Source of the DNA: Eledone cirrhosa
Taxonomy: Eukaryota
Direction of reading: 5' to 3'
NCBI GenBank assembly: GCA_964016885.1
Contig: OZ024753.1
Location: 20,336,001 to 20,400,000, forward strand
Length of the DNA stretch: 64,000 nucleotides
Shown: positions 12,201-24,599 of the stretch, piece after piece
Numbering within the stretch: the first letter of the stretch is position 1
Layout of the letters: each line of letters begins with the position of its first letter
The notes under the pieces: model-generated
Told to the model about the DNA's origin: nothing
The model's database searches: none
What the model saw: the letters and a program-made list of their open reading frames with translations, nothing else
Position numbers and translations under genes: made by a program

Positions 12201-14676
12201 AGGATCTGTGTGTGTTGTGATACAGTGTAGTGTCTGGGGAGTTGGGAAGGATCTGTGTGTGTTGTGATACAGTGTAGTGTCTGGGGAGTTGGGAATGATC
12301 TGTGTGTGTTGTGATACAGTATAGTGTCTGGGGTGTTGGGAAGGATCTGTGTGTGTTGTGATACAGTGTAGTGTCTGGGGTGTTGGGAAGGATCTGTGTG
12401 TGTTGTAATACAGTATAGTGTCTGGGGAGTTGGGAAGGATCTGTGTGTGTTGTGATAAAGTATAGTGTCTGGGGTGTTGGGAAGGATCTGTGTGTGTTGT
12501 GATACAGTGTAGTGTCTGGGGAGTTGGGAAGGATCTGTGTGTGTTGTGATACAGTGTAGTGTCTGGGGAGTTGGGAAGGATCTGTGTGTGTTGTGATACA
12601 GTATAGTGTCTGGGGAGTTGGGAAGGATATGTGTGTGTTGTGATACAGTATAGTATCTGTGGAGTTGGGAAGGATCTGTGTATGTTGTGATACAATGTAG
12701 TGTCTGGAGAGTTGGGAAGGATCTGTGTGTGTTGTGATACAGTGTGGTGTCTGGGGTGTTGGGAAGGATATGTGTGTGTTGTGATACAGTATAGTGTCTG
12801 GGGAGTTGGGAAGGATCTGTGTGTGTTGGGATACAGTATAGTGTCTGGGGTGTTGGGAAGAATCTGTGTGTGTTGTGATACAGTGTAGTGTCTGGGGAGT
12901 TGGGAAGGATCTGTGTGTGTGTTGTGATACAGTGTAGTGTCTGGGGTGTTGGGAAGGATCTGTGTGTGTTGTGATACAGTATAGTGTCTGGGGAGTTGGG
13001 AAGAATCTGTGTGTGTTGTGATACAGTGTAGTGTCTGGGGAGTTGGGAAGGATCTGTGTGTGTGTTGTGATACAGTGTAGTGTCTGGGGTGTTGGGAAGG
13101 ATCTGTGTGTGTTGTGATACAGTATAGTGTCTGGGGAGTTGGGAAGGATCTGTGTGTGTTGTGATACAGTGTAGTGTCTGGGGAGTTGGGAAGGATCTGT
13201 GTGTGTTGTGATACAGTATAGTGTCTGGGGAGTTGGGAAGGAACTGTGTGTGTTGGGATACAGTATAGTGTCTGGGGTGTTGGGAAGAATCTGTGTGTGT
13301 TGTGATACAGTGTAGTGTCTGGGGAGTTGGGAAGGATCTGTGTGTGTGTTGTGATACAGTGTAGTGTCTGGGGTGTTGGGAAGGATCTGTGTGTGTTGTG
13401 ATACAGTATAGTGTCTGGGGAGTTGGGAAGGATCTGTGTGTGTTGTGATACAGTGTAGTGTCTGGGGAGTTGGGAAGGATCTGTGTGTGTTGTGATACAG
13501 TATAGTGTCTGGGGTGTTGGGAAGGATCTGTGTGTGTTGTGATACAGTGTAGTGTCTGGGGTGTTGGGAAGGATCTGTGTGTGTTGTGATACAGTGTAGT
13601 GTCTGGGGTGTTGGGAAGGATCTGTGTGTGTTGTGATACAGTATAGTGTCTGGGGAGTTGGGAAGGATCTGTGTGTGTTGTGATACAGTATAGTGTCTTG
13701 GGTGTTGGGAAGGATCTGTGTATGTTGTGATACAGTGTAGTGTCTGGGGAGTTGGGAAGGATCTGTGTGTGTTGTGATACAGTGTAGTGTCTGGGGAGTT
13801 GGGAAGGATCTGTGTGTGGTGTGATACAGTGTAGTGTCTGGAGAGTTGCGAAGGATCTGTGTGTGTTGTGATACAGTGTAGTGTCTGGGGAGTTGGGAAG
13901 GATCTGTGTGTGTTGTGATACAGTATAGTGTCTGGGGAGTTGGGAAGGATATGTGTGTGTTGTGATACAGTATAATGTCTGGGGAGTTGGGAAGGATCTG
14001 TGTGTGTTGTGATACAGTATAGTGTCTGGGGTGTGGGGAAGGATATGTGTGTGTTGTGATACAGTTTAGTGTCTGGGGAGTTGGGAAGGATCTGTGTGTG
14101 TTGTGATACAGTGTGTTGTCTGGGGTGTTGGGAAGGATCTGTGTGTGTTGTGATACAGTATAGTGTCTGGGGAGTTGGGAAGGATCTGTGTGTGTTGTGA
14201 TACAGTATAGTGTCTGGGGTGTTGGGAAGGATCTGTGTGTGTTCTGATACAGTGTAGTGTCTGGGGTGTTGGGAAGGATTTGTGTGTGTTGTGATACAGT
14301 GTAGTGTCTGGGGTGTTGGGAAGGATCTGTGTGTGTTGTGATACAGTATAGTGTCTGGGGAGTTGGGAAGGATCTGTGTGTGTTGTGATACAGTATAGTG
14401 TCTGGGGTGTTGGGAAGGATATGTGTGTGTTGTGATACAGTGTAGTGTCTGGGGAGTTGGGAAGGATCTGTGTGTGTTGTGATACAGTGTAGTGTCTGGG
14501 GAGTTGGGAAGGATCTGTGTGTGTTGTGATACAGTGTATTGTCTGGGGAGTTGGGAAGGATCTGTGTGTGTTGTGATACAGTATAGTGTCTGGGGAGTTG
14601 GGAAGGATATGTGTGTGTTGTGATACAGTATAGTATCTGGGGAGTTGGGAGGGATCTGTGTGTGTTGTGATACCAT
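9268..14676 (-). other. Repeat-derived stop-free reading frame (1802 codons), probably non-coding; representative of all minus-strand ORFs
   Basis: The translation is a cyclic 47-aa unit (HNTHRSFPTPQTLYCITTHTDPSQLPRHYTVSQHTQILPNSPDTTLY) equal to 3 monomers. The start (CCATG variant) and stop (GATTCAG variant) are point variants of the repeat. There is no unique domain. Confidence 0.8.
10044..10260. repeat. 45-bp subfamily cassette, copy 2 (truncated in the 5th unit)
   Basis: Matches the first units of 2011-2228, then switches at ~10261 to the GGGTTGTTGG-marked 47-bp unit. Confidence 0.9.
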
Positions 14677-15870
14677 GTAGTGTCTGGAGAGTTGGGAAGG
14701 ATCTGTGTGTGTTGTGATACAGTGTAGTGTCTGGGGAGTTGGGAAGGATCTGTGTGTGTTGTGATACAGTATAGTGTCTGGGGAGTTGGGAAGGATATGT
14801 GTGTGTTGTGATACAGTATAATGTCTGGGGAGTTGGGAAGGATCTGTGTGTGTTGTGATACAGTATAGTGTCTTGGGTGTTGGGAAGGATCTGTGTGTGT
14901 TGTGATACAGTGTAGTGTCTGGGGAGTTGGGAAGGATCTGTGTGTGTTGTGATACAGTGTAGTGTCTGGGGAGTTGGGAAGGATCTGTGTGTGTTGTAAT
15001 ACAGTGTAGTGTCTGGGGAGTTGGGAAGGATCTGTGTGTGTTGTGATACAGTATAGTATCTGGGGAGTTGGGAAGGATCTGTGTGTGTTGTGATTCAGTA
15101 TAGTGTCTGGGTTGTTGGGAAGGATCTGTGTGTGTTGTGATACAGTATAGTGTCTGGGGAGTTGGGAAGGATCTGTGTGTGTTGTGATACAGTGTAGTGT
15201 CTGGGGAGTTGGGAAGGATCTGTGTGTGTTGTGATACAGTATAGTGTCTGGGGTGTTGGGAAGGATATGTGTGTGTTGTGATACAGTGTAGTGTCTGGGG
15301 TGTTGGGAAGGATCTGTGTGTGTTGTGATACAGTGTAGTGTCTGGGGTGTTGGGAAGGATCTGTGTGTGTTGTGATACAGTATCGTGTCTGGGGAGTTGG
15401 GAAGGATCTGTGTGTGTTGTGATACAGTGTAGTGTCTGGGGAGTTGGGAAGGATCTGTGTGTGTTGTGATACAGTATAGTGTCTGGGGTGTTGGGAAGGA
15501 TCTGTGTGTGTTGTGATACAGTGTAGTGTCTGGGGTGTTGGGAAGGATATGTGTGTGTTGTGATACAGTATAGTGTCTGGGGAGTTGGGGAGGATCTGTG
15601 TGTGTTGTGATACAGTATAGTGTCTGGGGTGTTAGGAAGGATCTGTGTGTGTTGTGATACAGTGTAGTGTCTGGGGAGTTGGGAAGGATCTGTGTGTGTT
15701 GTGATACAGTGGAGTGTCTAGGGAGTTGGGAAGGATCTGTGTGTGTTGTGATACAGTGTAGTGTCTGGGGAGTTCGGAAGGATCTGTGTGTGTTGTGATA
15801 CAGTATAGTGTCTGGGGTGTTGGGAAGGATCTGTGTGTGTTGTGATACAGTGTAGTGTCTGGGGTGTTGG

Positions 15871-16277
15871 GAAGAGTCAGTGAGTTGTGATACAGTATAG
15901 TGTCTGGGGAGTTGGAAAGGGTCTGTGTGTGTTGTGATACAGTGTAATGTCTGGGGAGTTGGGAAGAGTCAGTGAGTTGTGATACAGTATAGTTTCTGGG
16001 GAGTTGGGAAGGGTCTGTGTGTTGTGATACAGTGTATTGTCTGGGGAGTTGGGAAGAGTCAGTGAGTTGTGATACATTATAGTGTCTGTGGAGTTGGTAA
16101 GGATCTGTGTGTTGTGATACAGTATAGTGTCTGGGGAGTTGGGAAGGATCAGTGAGTTGTGAAACATTATAGTGTCTGGGGAGTTGGGAAGGATCTGTGT
16201 GTTGTGATACAGTGTATTGTCTGGGGAATTGGGAAGGGTCACTGAGTTGTGATACAGTATAGTGTCTGTGGAGTTGG
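15871..16277. repeat. 45-bp subfamily cassette, copy 3
   Basis: Colinear with copy 1 at offset 13860. It lacks the CTCGGG variant and carries a private GAAACATT. Confidence 0.93.
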
Positions 16278-18974
16278 GAAGGAACTGTGTTTGTTGTGAT
16301 ACAGTATAGTATCTGGGGAGTTGGGAAGGATCTGTGTGTGTTGTGATACAGTGTAGTGTCTGGGGAGTTGGGAAGGATCTGTGTTTGTTGTGATACAGTA
16401 TAGTATCTGGGGAGTTGGGAAGGATCTGTGTGTGTTGTGATACAGTGTAGTGTCTGGAGAGTTGGAAGGATCTGTGTGTGTTGTGAAACAGTGTAGTGTC
16501 TGGGGAGTTGGGAAGGATCTGTGTGTGTTGTGATACAGTATAGTGTCTGGGGAGTTGGGAAGGATATGTGTGTGTTGTGATACAATATAGTGTCTGGGGA
16601 GTTGGGAAGGATCTGTGTGTGTTGTAATACAGTATAGTGTCTGGGGTGTTGGGAAGGATCTGTGTGTGTTGTGATTCAGTATAGTGTCTGGGTTGTTGGG
16701 AAGGATCTGTGTGTGTTGTGATACAGTATAGTGTCTGGGGAGTTGGGAAGGATCTGTGTGTGTTGTGATACAGTGTAGTGTCTGGGGAGTTGGGAAGGAT
16801 CTGTGTGTGTTGTGATACAGTATAGTGTCTGGGGTGTTGGGAAGGATATGTGTGTGTTGTGATACAGTGTAGAGGTCTGGGGTGTTGGGAAGGATCTGTG
16901 TGTGTTGTGATACAGTGTAGTGTCTAGGGTGTTGGGAAGGATCTGTGTGTGTTGTGATACAGTATCGTGTCTGGGGAGTTGGGAAGGATCTGTGTGTGTT
17001 GTGATACAGTGTAGTGTCTGGGGAGTTGGGAAGGATCTGTGTGTGTTGTGATACAGTATAGTGTCTGGGGTGTTGGGAAGGATCTGTGTGTGTTGTGATA
17101 CAGTGTAGTGTCTGGGGTGTTGGGAAGGATCTGTGTGTGTTGTGATACAGTATAGTGTCTGGGGAGTTGGGGAGGATCTGTGTGTGTTGTGATACAGTAT
17201 AGTGTCTGGGGTGTTGGGAAGGATATGTGTGTGTTGTGATACAGTGTAGTGTCTGGGGAGTTGGGAAGGATCTGTGTGTGTTGTGATACAGTGTAGTGTC
17301 TGGGGTGTTGGGAAGGATCTGTGTGTGTTGTGATACAGTTTAGTGTCTGGGGAGTTGGGAAGGATCTGTGTGTGTTGTGATACAGTATAGTGTATGGGGT
17401 GTTGGGAAGGATATGTGCGTGTTGTGATACAATATAGTGTCTGGGGAGTTGGGAAGGATCTGTGTGTGTTGTGATACAGTGTAGTGTCTGGGGAGTTGGG
17501 AAGGATCTGTGTGTGTTGTGATACAGTGTAGTGTCTGGGGAGTTGGGAAGGATCTGTGTGTGTTGTGATACAGTGTAGTGTCTGGGGAGTTGGGAATGAT
17601 CTGTGTGTGTTGTGATACAGTATAGTGTCTGGGGTGTTGGGAAGGATCTGTGTGTGTTGTGATACAGTGTAGTGTCTGGGGTGTTGGGAAGGATCTGTGT
17701 GTGTTGTGATACAGTATAGTGTCTGGGGAGTTGGGAAGGATCTGTGTGTGTTGTGATAAAGTATAGTGTCTGGGGTGTTGGGAAGGATCTGTGTGTGTTG
17801 TGATACAGTGTAGTGTCTGGGGAGTTGGGAAGGATCTGTGTGTGTTGTGATACAGTGTAGTGTCTGGGGAGTTGGGAAGGATCTGTGTGTGTTGTGATAC
17901 AGTATAGTGTCTGGGGAGTTGGGAAGGATATGTGTGTGTTGTGATACAGTATAGTATCTGTGGAGTTGGGAAGGATCTGTGTATGTTGTGATACAATGTA
18001 GTGTCTGGAGAGTTGGGAAGGATCTGTGTGTGTTGTGATACAGTGTGGTGTCTGGGGTGTTGGGAAGGATATGTGTGTGTTGTGATACAGTATAGTGTCT
18101 GGGGAGTTGGGAAGGATCTGTGTGTGTTGGGATACAGTATAGTGTCTGGGGTGTTGGGAAGAATCTGTGTGTGTTGTGATACAGTGTAGTGTCTGGGGAG
18201 TTGGGAAGGATCTGTGTGTGTGTTGTGATACAGTGTAGTGTCTGGGGTGTTGGGAAGGATCTGTGTGTGTTGTGATACAGTATAGTGTCTGGGGAGTTGG
18301 GAAGAATCTGTGTGTGTTGTGATACAGTGTAGTGTCTGGGGAGTTGGGAAGGATCTGTGTGTGTGTTGTGATACAGTGTAGTGTCTGGGGTGTTGGGAAG
18401 GATCTGTGTGTGTTGTGATACAGTATAGTGTCTGGGGAGTTGGGAAGGATCTGTGTGTGTTGTGATACAGTGTAGTGTCTGGGGAGTTGGGAAGGATCTG
18501 TGTGTGTTGTGATACAGTATAGTGTCTGGGGAGTTGGGAAGGATCTGTGTGTGTTGGGATACAGTATAGTGTCTGGGGTGTTGGGAAGAATCTGTGTGTG
18601 TTGTGATACAGTGTAGTGTCTGGGGAGTTGGGAAGGATCTGTGTGTGTGTTGTGATACAGTGTAGTGTCTGGGGTGTTGGGAAGGATCTGTGTGTGTTGT
18701 GATACAGTATAGTGTCTGGGGAGTTGGGAAGGATCTGTGTGTGTTGTGATACAGTGTAGTGTCTGGGGAGTTGGGAAGGATCTGTGTGTGTTGTGATACA
18801 GTATAGTGTCTGGGGTGTTGGGAAGGATCTGTGTGTGTTGTGATACAGTGTAGTGTCTGGGGTGTTGGGAAGGATCTGTGTGTGTTGTGATACAGTGTAG
18901 TGTCTGGGGTGTTGGGAAGGATCTGTGTGTGTTGTGATACAGTATAGTGTCTGGGGAGTTGGGAAGGATCTGTG

Positions 18975-21900
18975 TGTGTTGTGATACAGTATAGTGTCTT
19001 GGGTGTTGGGAAGGATCTGTGTATGTTGTGATACAGTGTAGTGTCTGGGGAGTTGGGAAGGATCTGTGTGTGTTGTGATACAGTGTAGTGTCTGGGGAGT
19101 TGGGAAGGATCTGTGTGTGGTGTGATACAGTGTAGTGTCTGGAGAGTTGCGAAGGATCTGTGTGTGTTGTGATACAGTGTAGTGTCTGGGGAGTTGGGAA
19201 GGATCTGTGTGTGTTGTGATACAGTATAGTGTCTGGGGAGTTGGGAAGGATATGTGTGTGTTGTGATACAGTATAGTGTCTGGGGAGTTGGGAAGGATCT
19301 GTGTGTGTTGTGATACAGTATAGTGTCTGGGGTGTGGGGAAGGATATGTGTGTGTTGTGATACAGTTTAGTGTCTGGGGAGTTGGGAAGGATCTGTGTGT
19401 GTTGTGATACAGTGTGTTGTCTGGGGTGTTGGGAAGGATCTGTGTGTGTTGTGATACAGTATAGTGTCTGGGGAGTTGGGAAGGATCTGTGTGTGTTGTG
19501 ATACAGTATAGTGTCTGGGGTGTTGGGAAGGATATGTGTGTGTTGTGATACAGTGTAGTGTCTGGGGAGTTGGGAAGGATCTGTGTGTGTTGTGATACAG
19601 TGTAGTGTCTGGGGAGTTGGGAAGGATCTGTGTGTGTTGTGATACAGTGTATTGTCTGGGGAGTTGGGAAGGATCTGTGTGTGTTGTGATACAGTATAGT
19701 GTCTGGGGAGTTGGGAAGGATATGTGTGTGTTGTGATACAGTATAGTATCTGGGGAGTTGGGAGGGATCTGTGTGTGTTGTGATACCATGTAGTGTCTGG
19801 AGAGTTGGGAAGGATCTGTGTGTGTTGTGATACAGTGTAGTGTCTGGGGAGTTGGGAAGGATCTGTGTGTGTTGTGATACAGTATAGTGTCTGGGGAGTT
19901 GGGAAGGATATGTGTGTGTTGTGATACAGTATAATGTCTGGGGAGTTGGGAAGGATCTGTGTGTGTTGTGATACAGTATAGTGTCTTGGGTGTTGGGAAG
20001 GATCTGTGTGTGTTGTGATACAGTGTAGTGTCTGGGGAGTTGGGAAGGATCTGTGTGTGTTGTGATACAGTGTAGTGTCTGGGGAGTTGGGAAGGATCTG
20101 TGTGTGTTGTAATACAGTGTAGTGTCTGGGGAGTTGGGAAGGATCTGTGTGTGTTGTGATACAGTATAGTATCTGGGGAGTTGGGAAGGATCTGTGTGTG
20201 TTGTGATTTCAGTATAGTGTCTGGGTTGTTGGGAAGGATCTGTGTGTGTTGTGATACAGTATAGTGTATGGGGAGTTGGGAAGGATCTGTGTGTGTTGTG
20301 ATACAGTGTAGTGTCTGGGGCGTTGGGAAGGATCTGTGTGTGTTGTGATACAGTATAGTGTCTGGGGTGTTGGGAAGGATCTGTGTGTGTTGTGATACAG
20401 TGTAGTGTCTGAGGTGTTGGGAAGGATCTGTGTGTGTTGTGATACAGTGTAGTGTCTGGGGTGTTGGGAAGGATCTGTGTGTGTTGTGATACAGTATCGT
20501 GTCTGGGGAGTTGGGAAGGATCTGTGTGTGTTGTGATACAGTGTAGTGTCTGGGGAGTTGGGAAGGATCTGTGTGTGTTGTGATACAGTATAGTGTCTGG
20601 GGTGTTGGGAAGGATCTGTGTGTGTTGTGATACAGTGTAGTGTCTGGGGTGTTGGGAAGGATCTGTGTGTGTTGTGATACAGTATAGTGTCTGGGGAGTT
20701 GGGGAGGATCTGTGTGTGTTGTGATACAGTATAGTGTCTGGGGTGTTGGGAAGGATCTGTGTGTGTTGTGATACAGTGTAGTGTCTGGGGAGTTGGGAAG
20801 GATCTGTGTGTGTTGTGATACAGTGGAGTGTCTAGGGAGTTGGGAAGGATCTGTGTGTGTTGTGATACAGTGTAGTGTCTGGGGAGTTGGGAAGGATCTG
20901 TGTGTGTTGTGATACAGTATAATGTCTGGGGTGTTGGGAAGGATCTGTGTGTGTTGTGATACAGTGTAGTGTCTGGGGTGTTGGGAAGAGTCAGTGAGTT
21001 GTGATACAGTATAGTGTCTGGGGAGTTGGAAAGGGTCTGTGTGTGTTGTGATACAGTGTAATGTCTGGGGAGTTGGGAAGAGTCAGTGAGTTGTGATACA
21101 GTATAGTTTCTGGGGAGTTGGGAAGGGTCTGTGTGTTGTGATACAGTGTATTGTCTCGGGAGTTGGGAAGAGTCAGTGAGTTGTGATACATTATAGTGTC
21201 TGTGGAGTTGGTAAGGATCTGTGTGTTGTGATACAGTATAGTGTCTGGGGAGTTGGGAAGGATCAGTGAGTTGTGATACATTATAGTGTCTGGGGAGTTG
21301 GGAAGGATCTGTGTGTTGTGATACAGTGTATTGTCTGGGGAATTGGGAAGGGTCACTGAGTTGTGATACAGTATAGTGTCTGTGGAGTTGGGAAGGAACT
21401 GTGTTTGTTGTGATACAGTATAGTATCTGGGGAGTTGGGAAGGATCTGTGTGTGTTGTGATACAGTGTAGTGTCTGGGGAGTTGGGAAGGATCTGTGTTT
21501 GTTGTGATACAGTATAGTATCTGGGGAGTTGGGAAGGATCTGTGTGTGTTGTGATACAGTGTAGTGTCTGGAGAGTTGGGAAGGATCTGTGTGTGTTGTG
21601 AAACAGTGTAGTGTCTGGGGAGTTGGGAAGGATCTGTGTGTGTTGTGATACAGTATAGTGTCTGGGGAGTTGGGAAGGATATGTGTGTGTTGTGATACAA
21701 TATAGTGTCTGGGGAGTTGGGAAGGATCTGTGTGTGTTGTAATACAGTATAGTGTCTGGGGTGTTGGGAAGGATCTGTGTGTGTTGTGATACAGTGTAGT
21801 GTCTGGGGAGTTGGGAAGGATCTGTGTGTGTTGTGATACAGTGTGTTGTCTGGGGTGTTGGGAAGGATCTGTGTGTGTTGTGATACAGTATAGTGTCTGG

Positions 21901-23164
21901 GGAGTTGGGAAGGATCTGTGTGTGTTGTGATACAGTATAGTGTCTTGGGTGTTGGGAAGGATCTGTGTATGTTGTGATACAGTGTAGTGTCTGGGGAGTT
22001 GGGAAGGATCTGTGTGTGTTGTGATACAGTGTAGTGTCTGGGGAGTTGGGAGGGATCTGTGTGTGTTGTGATACAGTATAGTGTCTGGGGTGTTGGGAAG
22101 GATCTGTGTGTGTTGTGATACAGTGTAGTGTCTGGGGTGTTGGGAAGGATCTGTGTGTGTTGTGATACAGTGTATTGTCTGGGGTGTTGGGAAGGATCTG
22201 TGTGTGTTGTGATACAGTATAGTGTCTGGGGAGTTGGGAAGGATCTGTGTGTGTTGTGATACAGTATAGTGTCTTGGGTGTTGGGAAGGATCTGTGTATG
22301 TTGTGATACAGTGTAGTGTCTGGGGAGTTGGGAAGGATCTGTGTGTGTTGTGATACAGTGTAGTGTCTGGGGAGTTGGGAAGGATCTGTGTGTGGTGTGA
22401 TACAGTGTAGTGTCTGGAGAGTTGCGAAGGATCTGTGTGTGTTGTGATACAATGTGTTGTCTGGGGTGTTGGGAAGGATCTGTGTGTGTTGTGATACAGT
22501 ATAGTGTCTGGGGAGTTGGGAAGGATATGTGTGTGTTGTGATACAGTATAGTGTCTGGGGAGTTGGGAAGGATCTGTGTGTGTTGGGATACAGTATAGTG
22601 TCTGGGGTGTTGGGAAGAATCTGTGTGTGTTGTGATACAGTGTAGTGTCTGGGGAGTTGGGAAGGATCTGTGTGTGTGTTGTGATACAGTGTAGTGTCTG
22701 GGGTGTTGGGAAGGATCTGTGTGTGTTGTGATACAGTATAGTGTCTGGGGAGTTGGGAAGAATCTGTGTGTGTTGTGATACAGTGTAGTGTCTGGGGAGT
22801 TGGGAAGGATCTGTGTGTGTGTTGTGATACAGTATAGTGTCTGGGGAGTTGGGAAGGATCTGTGTGTGTTGTGATACAGTGTAGTGTCTGGGGAGTTGGG
22901 AAGGATCTGTGTGTGTTGTGATACAGTATAGTGTCTGGGGAGTTGGGAAGGATCTGTGTGTGTTGGGATACAGTATAGTGTCTGGGGTGTTGGGAAGAAT
23001 CTGTGTGTGTTGTGATACAGTGTAGTGTCTGGGGAGTTGGGAAGGATCTGTGTGTGTGTTGTGATACAGTGTAGTGTCTGGGGTGTTGGGAAGGATCTGT
23101 GTGTGTTGTGATACAGTATAGTGTCTGGGGAGTTGGGAAGGATCTGTGTGTGTTGTGATACAGT
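18975..23164. repeat. Near-identical duplicate of positions 1-~4190 (offset 18,974)
   Basis: ORF pairs 393/19367, 1235/20209 and 2017/20991 all have offset 18974. Shared private variants: GATTTCAG insertion (1231/20205), GGGGCGTT (1343/20317), CTGAGG (1435/20409), CTCGGG (2181/21155). Confidence 0.9.
20985..21391. repeat. 45-bp subfamily cassette, copy 4
   Basis: Colinear with copy 1 at offset 18974 and shares the CTCGGG variant. Confidence 0.93.
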
Positions 23165-24599
23165 GTAGTGTCTGGGGAGTTGGGAAGGATCTGTGTGTGT
23201 TGTGATACAGTATAGTGTCTGGGGTGTTGGGAAGGATCTGTGTGTGTTGTGATACAGTGTAGTGTCTGGGGTGTTGGGAAGGATCTGTGTGTGTTGTGAT
23301 ACAGTGTAGTGTCTGGGGTGTTGGGAAGGATCTGTGTGTGTTGTGATACAGTATAGTGTCTGGGGAGTTGGGAAGGATCTGTGTGTGTTGTGATACAGTA
23401 TAGTGTCTTGGGTGTTGGGAAGGATCTGTGTATGTTGTGATACAGTGTAGTGTCTGGGGAGTTGGGAAGGATCTGTGTGTGTTGTGATACAGTGTAGTGT
23501 CTGGGGAGTTGGGAAGGATCTGTGTGTGGTGTGATACAGTGTAGTGTCTGGAGAGTTGCGAAGGATCTGTGTGTGTTGTGATACAGTGTAGTGTCTGGGG
23601 AGTTGGGAAGGATCTGTGTGTGTTGTGATACAGTATAGTGTCTGGGGTGTGGGGAAGGATATGTGTGTGTTGTGATACAGTTTAGTGTCTGGGGAGTTGG
23701 GAAGGATCTGTGTGTGTTGTGATACAGTGTGTTGTCTGGGGTGGTGGGAAGGATCTGTGTGTGTTGTGATACAGTATAGTGTCTGGGGAGTTGGGAAGGA
23801 TCTGTGTGTGTTGTGATACAGTATAGTGTCTGGGGTGTTGGGAAGGACCTGTGTGTGTTCTGATACAGTGTAGTGTCTGGGGTGTTGGGAAGGATTTGTG
23901 TGTGTTGTGATACAGTGTAGTGTCTGGGGTGTTGGGAAGGATCTGTGTGTGTTGTGATACAGTATAGTGTCTGGGGAGTTGGGAAGGATCTGTGTGTGTT
24001 GTGATACAGTATAGTGTCTGGGGTGTTGGGAAGGATATGTGTGTGTTGTGATACAGTGTAGTGTCTGGGGAGTTGGGAAGGATCTGTGTGTGTTGTGATA
24101 CAGTGTAGTGTCTGGGGAGTTGGGAAGGATCTGTGTGTGTTGTGATACAGTGTATTGTCTGGGGAGTTGGGAAGGATCTGTGTGTGTTGTGATACAGTAT
24201 AGTGTCTGGGGAGTTGGGAAGGATATGTGTGTGTTGTGATACAGTATAGTATCTGGGGAGTTGGGAGGGATCTGTGTGTGTTGTGATACCATGTAGTGTC
24301 TGGAGAGTTGGGAAGGATCTGTGTGTGTTGTGATACAGTGTAGTGTCTGGGGAGTTGGGAAGGATCTGTGTGTGTTGTGATACAGTATAGTGTCTGGGGA
24401 GTTGGGAAGGATATGTGTGTGTTGTGATACAGTATAATGTCTGGGGAGTTGGGAAGGATCTGTGTGTGTTGTGATACAGTATAGTGTCTTGGGTGTTGGG
24501 AAGGATCTGTGTGTGTTGTGATACAGTGTAGTGTCTGGGGAGTTGGGAAGGATCTGTGTGTGTTGTGATACAGTGTAGTGTCTGGGGAGTTGGGAAGGA

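Noticed and set aside
4288-18189. Four 62-aa Cys/Val/Gly-rich + strand ORFs (4288, 6875, 12700, 18001)
   Set aside because: They start at GTG inside the repeat and exist only because variants GTGTGG and TTGGGAT remove a TAG and a TGA. Their recurrence reflects the higher-order duplication.
815-24292. Steadily shrinking CCATG spacing (8034, 5827, 5113, 4503) as a directional process
   Set aside because: There are only four intervals, each explained by different internal duplications or deletions, so chance is sufficient.
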